Assembly: GCA_964234715.1 (NCBI GenBank)
Contig: OZ174279.1
Source: Podarcis melisellensis
Lineage: Eukaryota
Length of the DNA: 64,000 bases
Strand: one strand, 5' to 3'
Part shown: positions 40,122 to 51,600 of the stretch, piece by piece
Layout of the letters: every line of letters starts with the position of its first letter
Position numbering within the stretch: the stretch's first letter is position 1
Notes under the pieces: model-generated
Databases searched by the model: none
What the model was told of the DNA's origin: nothing
What the model saw: the letters and a program-made list of their open reading frames with translations, nothing else
Program-made: the position numbers and the translations under genes

Positions 40122-40899
40122 CAGGGGTCAGCAAACTTTTTCAACAGGGGGCCAGTCCACTGTCCCTCAGACCTTGTGGGAGGCCAGACTATATGTTGCC
40201 AGCGTTGCCCAAATGTGATTTTTTTGGGAGGGAGGGGTGTGTTTCCTCATACACCCACGCTGCTTCCTTTGTGTTTTACACATTGACAGTTATTATTTCT
40301 CTTGTAAGGCGGGGTGGGGGGCTGAGGTAAGCGCGCCATTGCTGTCAGCCCTGGAGAGCGAGTGCTCGTGTGTGGGTGAAGGGAAAAGCCATTGGCCATG
40401 CTAAGTCAGGCCTGTGCCGCTCATGCAAAAATGAGGGAAGACGAGGCGGCTGCGGCTATTTACCTTTCCATGGCTTGTACTGTGTAGCTAACAAGTGGCC
40501 TCCCCACCAGAGTGCAGAACTGTTTTGGAGTGCAGCCATCCAGGCACTCCCCACTTCCTTTGGTGGGGAGCACCGCCGCCACAGACACCAGCGGGCGTCT
40601 CTCCTGAGGTGCCTCCGAGCCCCTGATGCCACAACTGCCTTTCCTAAGGTCCATGGTAGAAATCCGATCTGTGGCTCCTTTTCCCTCTTCCCCACCCTGG
40701 AAGAAAAGATTGCTGTGTGCGCGTGACAGACGGAGAAGGGGCTTGTCTCAAGCAGCCGCCCACCTCACTTTTGACCCCCAAGCCGGGCTGAGTCACAAAA
40801 ACCATTGCACACTGCCTGGATCCCTGGAACATCCGCGGGCTGGATCTAGAAGGTTATTGGGCCTGATCTGGCTCGCGGACCTTAGTTTGCTGACCCATG
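40122..40899. mobile_element. Non-autonomous hAT (Charlie-like) element carrying a captured host gene fragment (Pack-TIR type)
   Basis: TIRs caggggtcagcaaact / agtttgctgacccatg (15/16 match); 8-bp TSD atctaaag (40114-40121) / agctaaag (40900-40907). Confidence 0.9.
40464..40654 (-). pseudogene. CRPPA: Captured exon 1 of CRPPA/ISPD (CDP-ribitol pyrophosphorylase A)
   Basis: Kozak ATG (ctaccATGG); [40 protein letters not shown] versus recalled human [40 protein letters not shown]; ends at donor AG|gtaaat; no other CRPPA exon seen in the window. Confidence 0.88.
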
Positions 40900-41659
40900 A
40901 GCTAAAGTACTATGAACTATACAATATTCATAGTGAAACCAATGATACATACTTGCTATTATTCCTTTAAAGAACACTTATCCTGGTTGTTAATGATTCA
41001 AAATATCTGTTGGTTTTTGTTCATCAGCTTCCTTGCAATTCTCTGTCAGTCTTTCCCCACCTTACGGACATAACCATTACAAAATCTATTTTCTTTTGAG
41101 AGAATACCTATGTGTTGCCCATGTGTTTTCAGTTTTCTGTGATACATTCACATACCTTCTCTCTCTCTCTCTGCCACACACAGAGCCTTCTGGTTAGCTA
41201 CTTGCCTGACAGTCTTCTTTTGTGATAATAAGAAAAGCTTGTGGAAAGTTTCATTTTCAGCAGAGTTTGCCCAAAGCTCACCGCATATCTGAATCCATCA
41301 GAAATGCCCTTGCAGGGAGAGAGTTACTTAACAGCCACAAAATTTAAAGAGAAAAAATGTCAACTTCCAATTTAGCAATGTTAAACATTACCTTTAATAG
41401 TATCAAATGCAGCAAAGTCAGGAAGCCCCACTGGGCATATTAATGTAAAGAGCAGGAGGAAACAACCACAATGAAACACAAGAGGACTAAGGATATAAAA
41501 AAGGGACTAGAATAATGACTTTGAAACATTTGTTATTTATTTAGTTCAACAGTTTTTATACCACAGAATCGTAGAGCTGGAAGGGACACCAAAGGTCTTC
41601 TATTCCAACCCTGTGCAATGCAAGAATCACAACTAGAGAGTTTGGATTTGGATTTGGAA

Positions 41660-41873
41660 TTGATATCCCGCTTTATCACTACCCTAAGGAGTCTCAAAGT
41701 GGCTCACAATCTCCTTTCTCTTCCTCCCCCACAACAAACACTCTGTGAGGTGAGTGGGGCTGAGAGACTTCAGAGAAGTGTGACTGGCCCAAGGTCACCC
41801 ATAAGCTGCATGTGGAGGAGCGGAGACACGAACCCGGTTCACCAGATTACGAGTCCACCGCTCTTAACCACTA
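41660..41873 (-). mobile_element. MIR-like squamate SINE nested in a CR1 3' fragment
   Basis: tgtgaggtgagtggggctgagaga...cccaaggtcaccc...taaccactaca; CR1-like sequence on both sides (41566-41630 and 41875-41990). Confidence 0.65.
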
Positions 41874-42954
41874 CAGATGACTATCCAACCTCTATTTAAA
41901 AACCTCCAATGAAGGAGAGTCCACCATCTTCCAACTTAGTCCATTCTACTGTTGAACAGCAATTGTCAGAAAATTCTTCCTAATGTTTACTCGGTGGGGT
42001 TCTCCTTGCACAGGCTCTGCCCCTCCCCAGCGGCACCCACTGAAAGGGTATAAGAACCCTAAATAAACCAATTCTGGAGCAGGATGGAGCAGGGCTAGTG
42101 ATGGATCCAAAGACTCACAAGTCAGTTTAGTTCCTGGAACAGGGCCTGATACATGTCTCTGATTTGAACGCTTGGAGTTGGTGAAGCAAAATAGGAGAAA
42201 AATATCTTCTGCCATGGACAGCAGTGGAGAACTGACTGCTCCACACACTCCACACAGTTAGGATTGCCTGTAAATTTTTTAATCGAAACCTCTGAAATTG
42301 TTAAAAGATCATTGACCTTTTTAAAAAGCGCAGGTAGAATTACTGTACAGTGTTTAAAACAACCATAAGGAATTACTCTTACTACATTGCCTTTTCACAG
42401 TTCAAGCCGGTCTGTACCCACGAGTGATCCCTTGGATCTTGCTGAATATTTTCCAGCGAACAACTGAAATATAAAGGATCCCTTGCTTTAGCTCATTTAA
42501 ACTGCTCAAAAGTTGAGAGAAATGGGGATATGATGCAGTCACTGCAAGAGTCCACAAGATGGTGCAAAGATATCATCCCTTTGTACAAAAACTCAAATAC
42601 TTGTTTGCTAGACAATCAACTAGTAATGCATGGAGGTAGCTGAAACTCAATTTATCTCCCCCCCCCCCAAAAAAAATCAAAATTCCATTTAGCTTATCTT
42701 GGTTTTACCATTTCAGTCTAGGTGACTCTCTATTTGCCACGTTTCCCATATGTCTATTAAATATACCCAACCGTTGCATCCCAGGTTATTGCCTTAAGAA
42801 ACATCGCTCAGGTGTGCCTTTGTAACATTTTAGTGCATTGTAAAAACACCATCTGTATCCCTGAGGCATTGGGAGCTTCTATGGCACCCAAAGGAATTAT
42901 AAATTAGGAGCTCTCTGTTTATGACCCAATGGCTCTTCCGTATAGATGGGATTA

Positions 42955-43183
42955 AAAAGGTAAAGGTGTGGGAGGGGGGCTAACCGTTAGGTCCAGTCAC
43001 GGACGACTCTGGAGTTGCGACGCTCATCTCACTTTACTGACCGAGGGAGCCAGCGTAAAGCTTCCGGGTCATGTGGCCAGCATGACTAAGCCAGCATTAC
43101 TAAACCAGAGCAGCGCACGGAAACGCCTTTTACCTTCCCACAGGAGTGGTACCTATTTATCTACTTGCACCTTGACATGCTTT
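42955..43183 (-). mobile_element. Sauria SINE, 3' part only
   Basis: aaaaggtaaagg tail and conserved core; stops abruptly where the GC-rich array begins. Confidence 0.8.
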
Positions 43184-43227
43184 GACTGTCCGGGGCGATT
43201 TAAAAGCCCCCGGACGGCTTTTGAAGC

Positions 43228-44310
43228 CTCCCCCCGCCGCCCGGCATCGGGGCATCGTCCCGATGCCGGGCGGCGGGGCAGGAACGCCTCCCCCCGCCGC
43301 CCGGCTTCGGGGCATCGTCCCGATGCCGGGCGACGGGGCGAGAAAGCCTCCCCCCCGCCGCCCGGCATCGGAACCATGTCCCGATGCTGGGCGACGGGGC
43401 GGGAAAGCCTCCCCGCGCCGCCCGGCATCGGAACCATGTCCCGATGCCGGGCGACGGGGCGAGAAAGCCTCCCCCCGCCGCCCGGCATCGGAACCATGTC
43501 CCGATGCCGGGCGACGGGGCGGGAAAGCCTCCCCCCGCCGCCCGGCATCGGAACCATGTCCCGAAGCCGGGCGGCCGGGCGGGAAAGCCTCCCCCCGCCG
43601 CCCGGCTTCGGGGCATCGTCCCGATGCCGGGAAGTGGGGCAGGAACGCCTCCCCCAGCCGCCCGGCTTCGGGGCATCGTCCCGATGCCGGGCGGTGGGGC
43701 AGGAACGCCTCCCCCTGCCGCCCGGCATCGGGGCATCGTCCCGATGCCGGGCGGTGGGGCAGGAACGCCTCCCCCAGCCGCCCGGCATCGGAACAATGTC
43801 CCGAAGCCGGGCGGCCGGGCGGGAAAGCCTCCCCCCGCCGCCCGGCTTCGGGGCATCGTCCCGATGCCGGGCGGTGGGGCAGGAACGCCTCCCCCAGCCG
43901 CCCGGCTTCGGGGCATCGTCCCGATGCCGGGCGGTGGGGCAGGAACGCCTCCCCCAGCCGCCCGGCTTCGGGGCATCGTCCCGATGCCGGGCGGTGGGGC
44001 AGGAACGCCTCCCCCAGCCGCCCGGCTTCGGGGCATCGTCCCGATGCCGGGCGGTGGGGCAGGAACGCCTCCCCCAGCCGCCCGGCTTCGGGGCATCGTT
44101 CCGATGCCGGGCGGTGGGGCAGGAACGCCTCCCCCAGCCGCCCGGCTTCGGGGCATCGTTCCGATGCCGGGCGGTGGGGCAGGAACGCCTCCCCCCACCT
44201 CCCGGCATCGGAACGATGTCCCGAAGCCGGGCGGCCGGGCGAGAAAGCCTCCCCCCGCCGCCCGGCATCGGAACATGTCCCGAAGCCGAGCGGCGGGGCG
44301 AGAAAGCCTT
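43228..44310. repeat. GC-rich 60-bp minisatellite, about 18 units, each with an internal palindrome
   Basis: Consecutive 60-nt lines are nearly identical; the unit contains ccgcccggc[a/t]tcggg...cccgatgccgggcgg. Confidence 0.97.
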
Positions 44311-44554
44311 TGTCCCCCCTGCCTGCCTTCCCAGGGGCTTTTAAATCGCCCCGGACAGCGGAGAAGTCCTCCGCTGTCCCGGGCGATTTTAAAATGCCGC
44401 CCGCCAGAAGAGGTCGGGGGAAGGCGTTTTCCATAGGAACGCATTAATTGATTTTCAATGCATTCCTATGGAAAACCGTGCATCGCAAGACGAAAAACTC
44501 GCAAGACGAAGAGACTTGCGGAACGAATTAATTTCGTCTTGCGAGGCACCACTG
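44311..44554. mobile_element. Right arm of the Tc1/mariner/Tigger-type MITE that hosts the minisatellite
   Basis: gcggaacgaattaatttcgtcttgcgaggcaccactg|TA terminus is related to the family A TIR; left TIR absent. Confidence 0.75.
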
Positions 44555-44556
44555 TA

Positions 44557-46022
44557 ATTCTATATTTTCCTTTCCCTTGACATTTTAGCACTCATCAATT
44601 TTACAACAATTTTTAAGGTATACTTTAAATTTCTTCCAGTCTTCTTCCACCGTCTTTTTCTTGGTCACGGATTCTGCCAGTCATCTCCGCCAGTCCCATG
44701 TAATCAATCACCTTTGTCTGCCATTCTTCCAGTGTGGGTAGTTCTTGTGTCTTCCAATACTTTGCTAAAAGGATCCTTGCTGCTGTGGTGGCGTACATAA
44801 AAAAACGTCCTATCCTTCTTTAACACCAATTGGCCGACCATACCCAGGAGAAATGCCTCTGGTTTCTTATGAAAGGTACATTTAAGTACCTTCTTAATTT
44901 CATTATAGATCATTTCCCAGAAGGCTTTAATCTTCGGACAGGTCCACCAAAGGTGATAAAAGGTTCCTTCAGTCTCATTACATTTCCAGCATTTATTATT
45001 GGGCAAATGATAGATTTTTGCGAGCTTGGTTGGGGTCATGTACCACCTGTAAATCATTTTCATAATATTTTCTCTTAAGGAATTACATGCCGTAAATTTT
45101 ATACCGGTGGTCCATAACTGTTCCCAATCCACAAACATAATGTCATGACCAATGTCTTGTGCCCACTTAATCATAGCTGATTTGACAGTCTCATCTAGTG
45201 TGTTCCATTTCAACAGCAAGTTGTACATTCTTGATAAATTCTTAGTATTGGGTTCTAACAGCTCTGTTTCTAATTTGGATCTCTCCATCTGGAAGCCAAT
45301 TTTCCTGTCCTGTTTAAACACCTCCATTATCTGATGGTAATGAAGCCAATCTCGTACTTTAGACTTTATTTTCTCAAAACTCTGTAATTTAATTTTTCCA
45401 CTCTCTTGCTCTAAAATTTCACAGTATTTTGGCCATTTAGATTCCATATTAGGTCTTTTCACCTCCTTAGCTTCCATTGGTGACAACCACCTAGGGGTTT
45501 TATTTTCCAACAAATCCTTATATCGAATCCAAACATTATATAATGTTTTCCTGACAATATGATTTTTAAATCCTTTGTGAGTTTTAACCTTGTCATACCA
45601 GATATATGCATGCCAACCGAATCTATTATCAAATCCTTCCAAATCCAAAATGTCTGTATTCTCAAGAAGTAGCCAGTCTTTCAACCAGCAGAAAGCTGCC
45701 GATTCATAGTACAGTCTTAAGTCCGGCAGGGCAAACCCCCCTCTGTCTTTTGCATCAGTTAATATCTTAAATTTTATTCTGGGCTTTTTGCCCTGCCAGA
45801 CAAATTTAGATATATCTTTCTGCCACTTCTTGAAACAGTCCATTTTATCCACAATCTGTAATGTCTGAAACAAAAATAGCATTCTAGGCAATACATTCAT
45901 CTTAATTACAGCAATTCGGCCTAACAAGGAAAGTCCCAAATTTGACCATATTTCTAGATCTTTCTTTACCTCTGTCCAACATTTGTCATAATTGTCTTTA
46001 AATAGGTTCACATAATTTATGC
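44557..46022 (-). mobile_element. L1-clade LINE, 3' part of ORF2
   Basis: About 430 open codons: LSLLGRIAVIKMNVLPRMLFLFQ, GGFALPDLRLYY, CCHC knuckle CWKC...HLWWTC; frameshift near the C-terminus. Confidence 0.93.
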
Positions 46023-46206
46023 ATCTAAGGATACTGCAAAAAGCACAAGAGAATGGCAGCAAATTCCATTTAAAAATCCCCAGAATTTAGACAATTGCAT
46101 TGCTATTTTTTATATATAAAAAATACATTGATTTTATTCTACAAAATCCCATGCATGCAGTTCAGTCTTCCTGGTGTTTATAATATTGTGGCCATGCTTC
46201 AGTGCA

Positions 46207-46573
46207 AGGTAAAGGTAAAGGTACCCCTGCCCGTACGGGCCAGTCGTGTCCGACTCTAGGGTTGTGCGCCCATCTCACTTAAGAGGCCGTGGGCCAGCAC
46301 TGTCCGGAGACACTTCCAGGTCATGTGGCCAGCATGACGAAGCTGCTCTGGCGAGCCAGCACCAGCAGAGCACATGGAAACACCGTTTACCTTCCTGCTA
46401 TAAAGCGGTACCTATTTATCTACTTGCACTTAGGGGTGCTTTCGAACTGCTAGGTGGGCAGGAGCTGGGACCGAAAGACGGGAGCTCACCCCGCCGCGGG
46501 GATTCGAACCGCTGACCATGTGATCGGCAAGTCCTAGGCACTGAGGTTTTACCCACAGCACCACCCACGTCCC
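46207..46573 (-). mobile_element. Sauria SINE, near full length
   Basis: (aaaggt)n tail, conserved core and head; flanked by a cttcagtgcaagg direct repeat (46197 / 46575). Confidence 0.9.
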
Positions 46574-48679
46574 ACTTCAGTGCAAGGCAGAGGGCAAAAA
46601 TAACCCAAGGCACTGGTGATTTAAAAAATCTGAGTTTTTCTTACATTTCCCTGATCCTTGGTACTGAACCCATTAAACAAGGCCACACCACACACGCACT
46701 TGTAGTTAAGTGCTGACATCATGTGGAATACTAATAGCGAACTCAGCCTCCAGTGTGCTCCCATGGCATTCTTGTCTCGAGGAATATTCCCAATACTATC
46801 AGTGCCTGGATCACTGATCAATGAAAAGCAGATTAGATCCATCTGGCTGAGGTGAAAGACCTCTTTCTCGTGCTTTCCCCACCGAAATGAAAAGGAAACC
46901 CGTGGTGTTTGCGCCTTCCTCTGCGCAGCCTGAACTGTGACCTACCTGTCTTTCAGCAATACCAGCCGCAGCGCTTTTAATCATCTCTCTGCGGGGACCC
47001 TGAAAAGAATGTCCTAATTGCTGCCCCCAATTGCTCCCTGCAATGGGGGGTCTCCCTCTTAATGACTGCATGATGCAGTTCTGCTTCAGAGAGCTGCTCT
47101 TGTGACCCGCTGGGCTCGTCCCTTTCAGAGCAGCTTGCACAGCGCAGTGCAATCAATAGCTTGACAGAAGCGCCGAAAAGGTCCCGCAATCATATTAACA
47201 GCAAGGAGGAAAGACTTGTCTGTCACAGTGCTTTTGACAGAGAGGGAAGTATCATGGGGCGAGTTCCTCCCTAGCAGCTTCCGCCGTAGCTGTATCATGT
47301 CTGACGGTGGGAATCCTTGTTTTTCCTGCAATTCAAATCCAAAAACATTCATGTTGCCTTATAAGAGCGGCGAGGAACCTCAAAGCAGCAACGCCCACCT
47401 TTCCCAGGTCTAATGTATATGATGTCAGGGGCCGGAAATGGCTAAAAGGATAGGGAGCACATTCCCGATTCTTCCTATGTCACAAAAAGTTGGCGCTTTT
47501 TTTAATTTGGTGCCTTTTCCTGTCACCTCGCCCATGTTAAAAGTTCAGCTGAAAAATTTAACTGGTTAGCAGAGAAAAAAATGGCTACTGTATTTCTTTT
47601 ACTTTGTAACTTGTTAATTCCCAAGGCTGCACATGACACACATAATAAACACAACAAAGACTCTTGTAGTATCTTAATGCAATGCATCTTAAGGACTGTT
47701 TTGCAGATTTCCATCCCTAATCATGTGTAACTCAGGATAACACTTCAGTGCATCTGATGGAGCCACTGCACAACTGTGATGGGCAAAGACACAACAGGTG
47801 ATGTTTTTCATTCTGTACAGATCTTAAAAGATATAGAAATCCCTGCAGAGTTTGAACCTCTTTTATGCAAATTTTCTTGGACAAGGCTAAAGTGTCGTGC
47901 TAATAACTCTGTAGAACAGGAACTCAGCCAGTTCTAAGCACATGTTGTAAGCCAACTACCGTATTTAGAACTGTCCCTCGTGAAAGTGTGACCCTCCTGT
48001 TCCCTGCACTGAATTTCTTTAAAACTCCCAAAATGGCCTCTGGTCTCCCATCAAGACAAGAAAGCAGCGATCCTTTTTTCTACAGCAAAGTTAAAAAGCA
48101 AAGGGACATAAATATTCTCTGTGCTGTAAAAGGACACAATTCAGGGCAATAAAAAGACAGATGAGCAGGGCAGCTGGATGCAAAAGATTGGTGGAATTTT
48201 CTACCTTTATGAAGGGTTTTTGTTTTTTTGCTGTTGTTACATTGAAATACGTACAGCAAACACTACCAGTTCAGATTCCTTCTTTTACAGTTACACCTGT
48301 CCCTTTGCTTCTCTTCTTCCTAGAAGTGAAGTTATGCCCTGTATATATCTTGTAGTGTGGCAGCATCTACACTGTGCAACTCCCAGCCTATTGACACCAG
48401 GCAGGCGCTTTTACTGTACTGTTTTCAGTGCCTGCTTAAAAAGGGGCCTTGTTTAGGCAAGCCTATTCAGACATGCAGAAGCTACATGCATTTCATCTCT
48501 TTTTAGCTACTGCTGATTTGAATCATCTTTTGTTTTTAAATACCTGCTTTTTTAATAAGAATTTTAACATTTTAATATATACTCTTGCAAACAGTTTACA
48601 GGCTGTCTTACGATTCGTTATCTATGACAATCAAGCAGCATATAGAACATTGTCTTAATTAAATAAATAAAACAAAGAG

Positions 48680-48693
48680 CCAGCAGATGGCGT
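48680..48693 (+). promoter_or_regulatory. Candidate CTCF site between ADIPOQ and COPS9
   Basis: CCAGCAGATGGCGT matches the CTCF core consensus; motif match only. Confidence 0.4.
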
Positions 48694-51600
48694 AATACAG
48701 GTTATTGGGCCTAAGGCAATGGGTGCCTTCTTTCATTGCCCGGACTATTATTTTTGTTTCGTTTTGTTGTTTCGATTCTTATACCAACCCACTTCTTTTT
48801 AAAATAAGTCAATCTCATTACAAGTTACAACCAGGGCAGATCATTTGTACTATTCATTGTCATAACCGCAACTGAGGACTTAGCAATTCGTCTGCAGTTG
48901 TTTTGTTACATCCATTCACATTAAGTAAGCGGAAAAGGTATCACAGCCTGTGGAAGTTTCTTTAAAGGTCTACACAAACTCTCGAATCCTATTGATTGCT
49001 CTCTCTTGACATAAAATTAAGCATGTGCATATATTTTTTGCAGAGTCACAGACTTGCTTCTGTTAATGAAAGCAGAACTGGGGGGTGGGGTGGGGGTTAC
49101 ATAGGGAGATTCCCTACCTGATGGGAAAGCCCCAAGCTTACTAAATTTTGAGAATTATATATTTGCTTAAAGAAATCAGTGAGTAAGTAGTGCATGCAGA
49201 CATAGACACAGACAAAATGTAAATTGCTGGAAGATACCCAGGTCACAATGAAGCTGGAATTAGAATAAAAGCCAGTTTCTTAAGCTACTGTCTAACAGTT
49301 GTTCATTTGCACCACCTCCATGTAGTGAATGCAGGTAGAAGAAACAGAATCACATCTTTTCTTAGAATTGTAGAGTTGGAAGGGAGCGGGAGTGTCATCT
49401 AGTCCAACCCCATGCATGCAGGAATCTTTTGCCCAAAGCGGTGCTCAAACCCACGACCCTAGGATTAAGAGACTCATACTCTACCGACTGAACTATCTGC
49501 TGACCGCACATTCAGCATCACTGAAAAGGGGATCCAAACACCTGCAGCTATATTTACCTGCAGCTCTTCCTAGCAATTAGAAGCCCCAATTGTCCTTGTT
49601 CAATTATATAGGCCTCTAAATGTGTGTTTTTCTCCTTCCTAGGAGCATCCCCAATACTTGCTGAAAGAAAATTGCTCTTTGGTCTTCAAGGGGTGGCATG
49701 GTCTTTAAAAACAAAACAAACTTCCAATCATTTTTGGAATAAAACCTTTTGGGATGTTTCCCATCGGTCACTAGTTTGCCACTAGTGAGGCCACAATTGC
49801 TGAGATTTTCTATGAACGTTTTTGTTCTCCAGTTTTATGTCTCTTCATAGTTAACTTCTGTGAATGCCTCATTAAGGAGGAAGGCATAAAATGGAAAGGC
49901 TTCTCTGAAGGAATAGACTTCCCTGAGGCCCCTGTATGTATTCATCGTTATTTTTATTATTTTAAAAACCTTGTCATACTTCAGTGCGATATTTTTGCCT
50001 CTCTGTGCATCATTTACAGGTACATACCTTGCATCCCATGTGTCGTTTTGCAGCCCCTTTCAATCACTTTGGGAGATATCTTTGGGGAGCTCTTCAATAT
50101 CTGCTTTGGTTTCCATCTCCGAGCAATTTGTCGTCATGAGCAAACTGGGCCATCTCACTGCTCAACCCTCCCTACTTCCAGATAATGAACAAGTTAAAAA
50201 ATCTGTCCCAATGCAGATCTTTTGAGTGTCTTCTTCCTTTCTTCCATCCATCAGGTAAGTACGTGTTTACCTTAAGTGATAGTAACTGAAGTCACTGCAT
50301 GCTACACTTTTTCTTCCAAATGTCCTTCTCCCTTTTAAGATCACCTTCAGGATTTTGGTCATAGATGAGATAGTATGCTTCCAGTACTACATTACTATTT
50401 GAGTCAAGTCAAATTTATTCCATCCGCTCACAGTGTTACCCCATCCCCCCTCATGTGCCCTTTATTACATAGTTTATCTTGCAGCTTTCACTGTCCCAGC
50501 TGTTCACATGTGGAGGTCTGGGATGTGGAGTGTTGTTCATATGCAGCATGCGGAGCTCTGTGCCAGGGGAGTGCTGCTGGTGTTACTCTGTAGGTACAAG
50601 AAACAGCAGGACACCTCCTCCCAGTCCAAGATCTTCTCAAAGCCAGCACAAAGGTTTGGACTGGAGTATCAGCCATTAGCTGTATTGCCACTGTCTTCGC
50701 TGCGTGCAGAACATTGCAAATTGGTTCCAATCTGTTTTATTCAGTTTGGGGAGTGTGAGAATACTTTTAATGGTTTATGTCAGGTTTGGTCTTAATCTGG
50801 AGTATGTGTGTCAGGTTTAAGTATACTACCCTTGTAGGAGCCCTGTTCTCAAACTTGATACAGCATTTCCCACTGGTAAATGTGAAAAACCAGAGAGGAG
50901 CAAGACTTTGTTAAAATATAAAGATGAAACTCTTGCAACATTCTCATTCTACTATGTGAAGTTTATTACATTAGATGCATATAAAGAAAGTGGGCAGATA
51001 ACTCAATGTAAAAGCATTTTTTTATTCTTCCGCCGGAGACCTCATTTTCAGATTCACTACTGCTTTTCTGATTTTGGTAATAATACTTTGTTCCACTTTG
51101 CTGAGAGCTCAGATTAATATACACAAAGAAAACCAAGCACCATTGTACTGGAGCCTGTGTTTTGATGTGCTGCATGTGGCTTTAGAATGTGTCAAAGAAA
51201 ATAGCCAGCTTCCCCACAGACTGAGGAAGCAACGCGAGCACAATTGAGATATTCATCTAAAAATTCTGCTCTATTTTGGAGGAAATATTCTGAATGCACC
51301 ATAAAGACTCTTCAGTATTTATGGAAAAGTCTTGTCATAAACCACCAGTAGTTAGAATAAGTTACAAAATAAAGAACCATACAATGGCAAGAAGCCAAAT
51401 GAGCTCTAATACAAGATTTACTCATATTCTACAGGAATATTTTCATTGGCCAAATATGCTGGGCTCCCTGGCTAAACTGGGAGTGAGGAAAGCACACACT
51501 TGGAAGTATAGTCCCAATGATCTTTCAACATGCCACTCACAAGTAAATGGATTTAGGATCGAGGTGTTAAAACCTCCCACTTGCTTCTAATTTTATTGTT

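Noticed and set aside
40464-40654. Functional CRPPA gene at this locus
   Set aside because: No further exons were recognised in the 40 kb downstream, the catalytic motif is degraded, and the exon is enclosed by TIRs and a TSD.
43228-44310. CRISPR-like appearance of palindromic repeats
   Set aside because: Vertebrate DNA, no unique spacers (whole units repeat) and no cas genes.
42968-44447. Six overlapping ORFs of 350-458 aa
   Set aside because: They result from a stop-free GC-rich 60-bp tandem repeat that is open in all frames; there are no gene features.
46621-47413. Cluster of 65-113 aa ORFs between ADIPOQ and COPS9
   Set aside because: No recognisable protein and no consistent splice signals; treated as non-coding.
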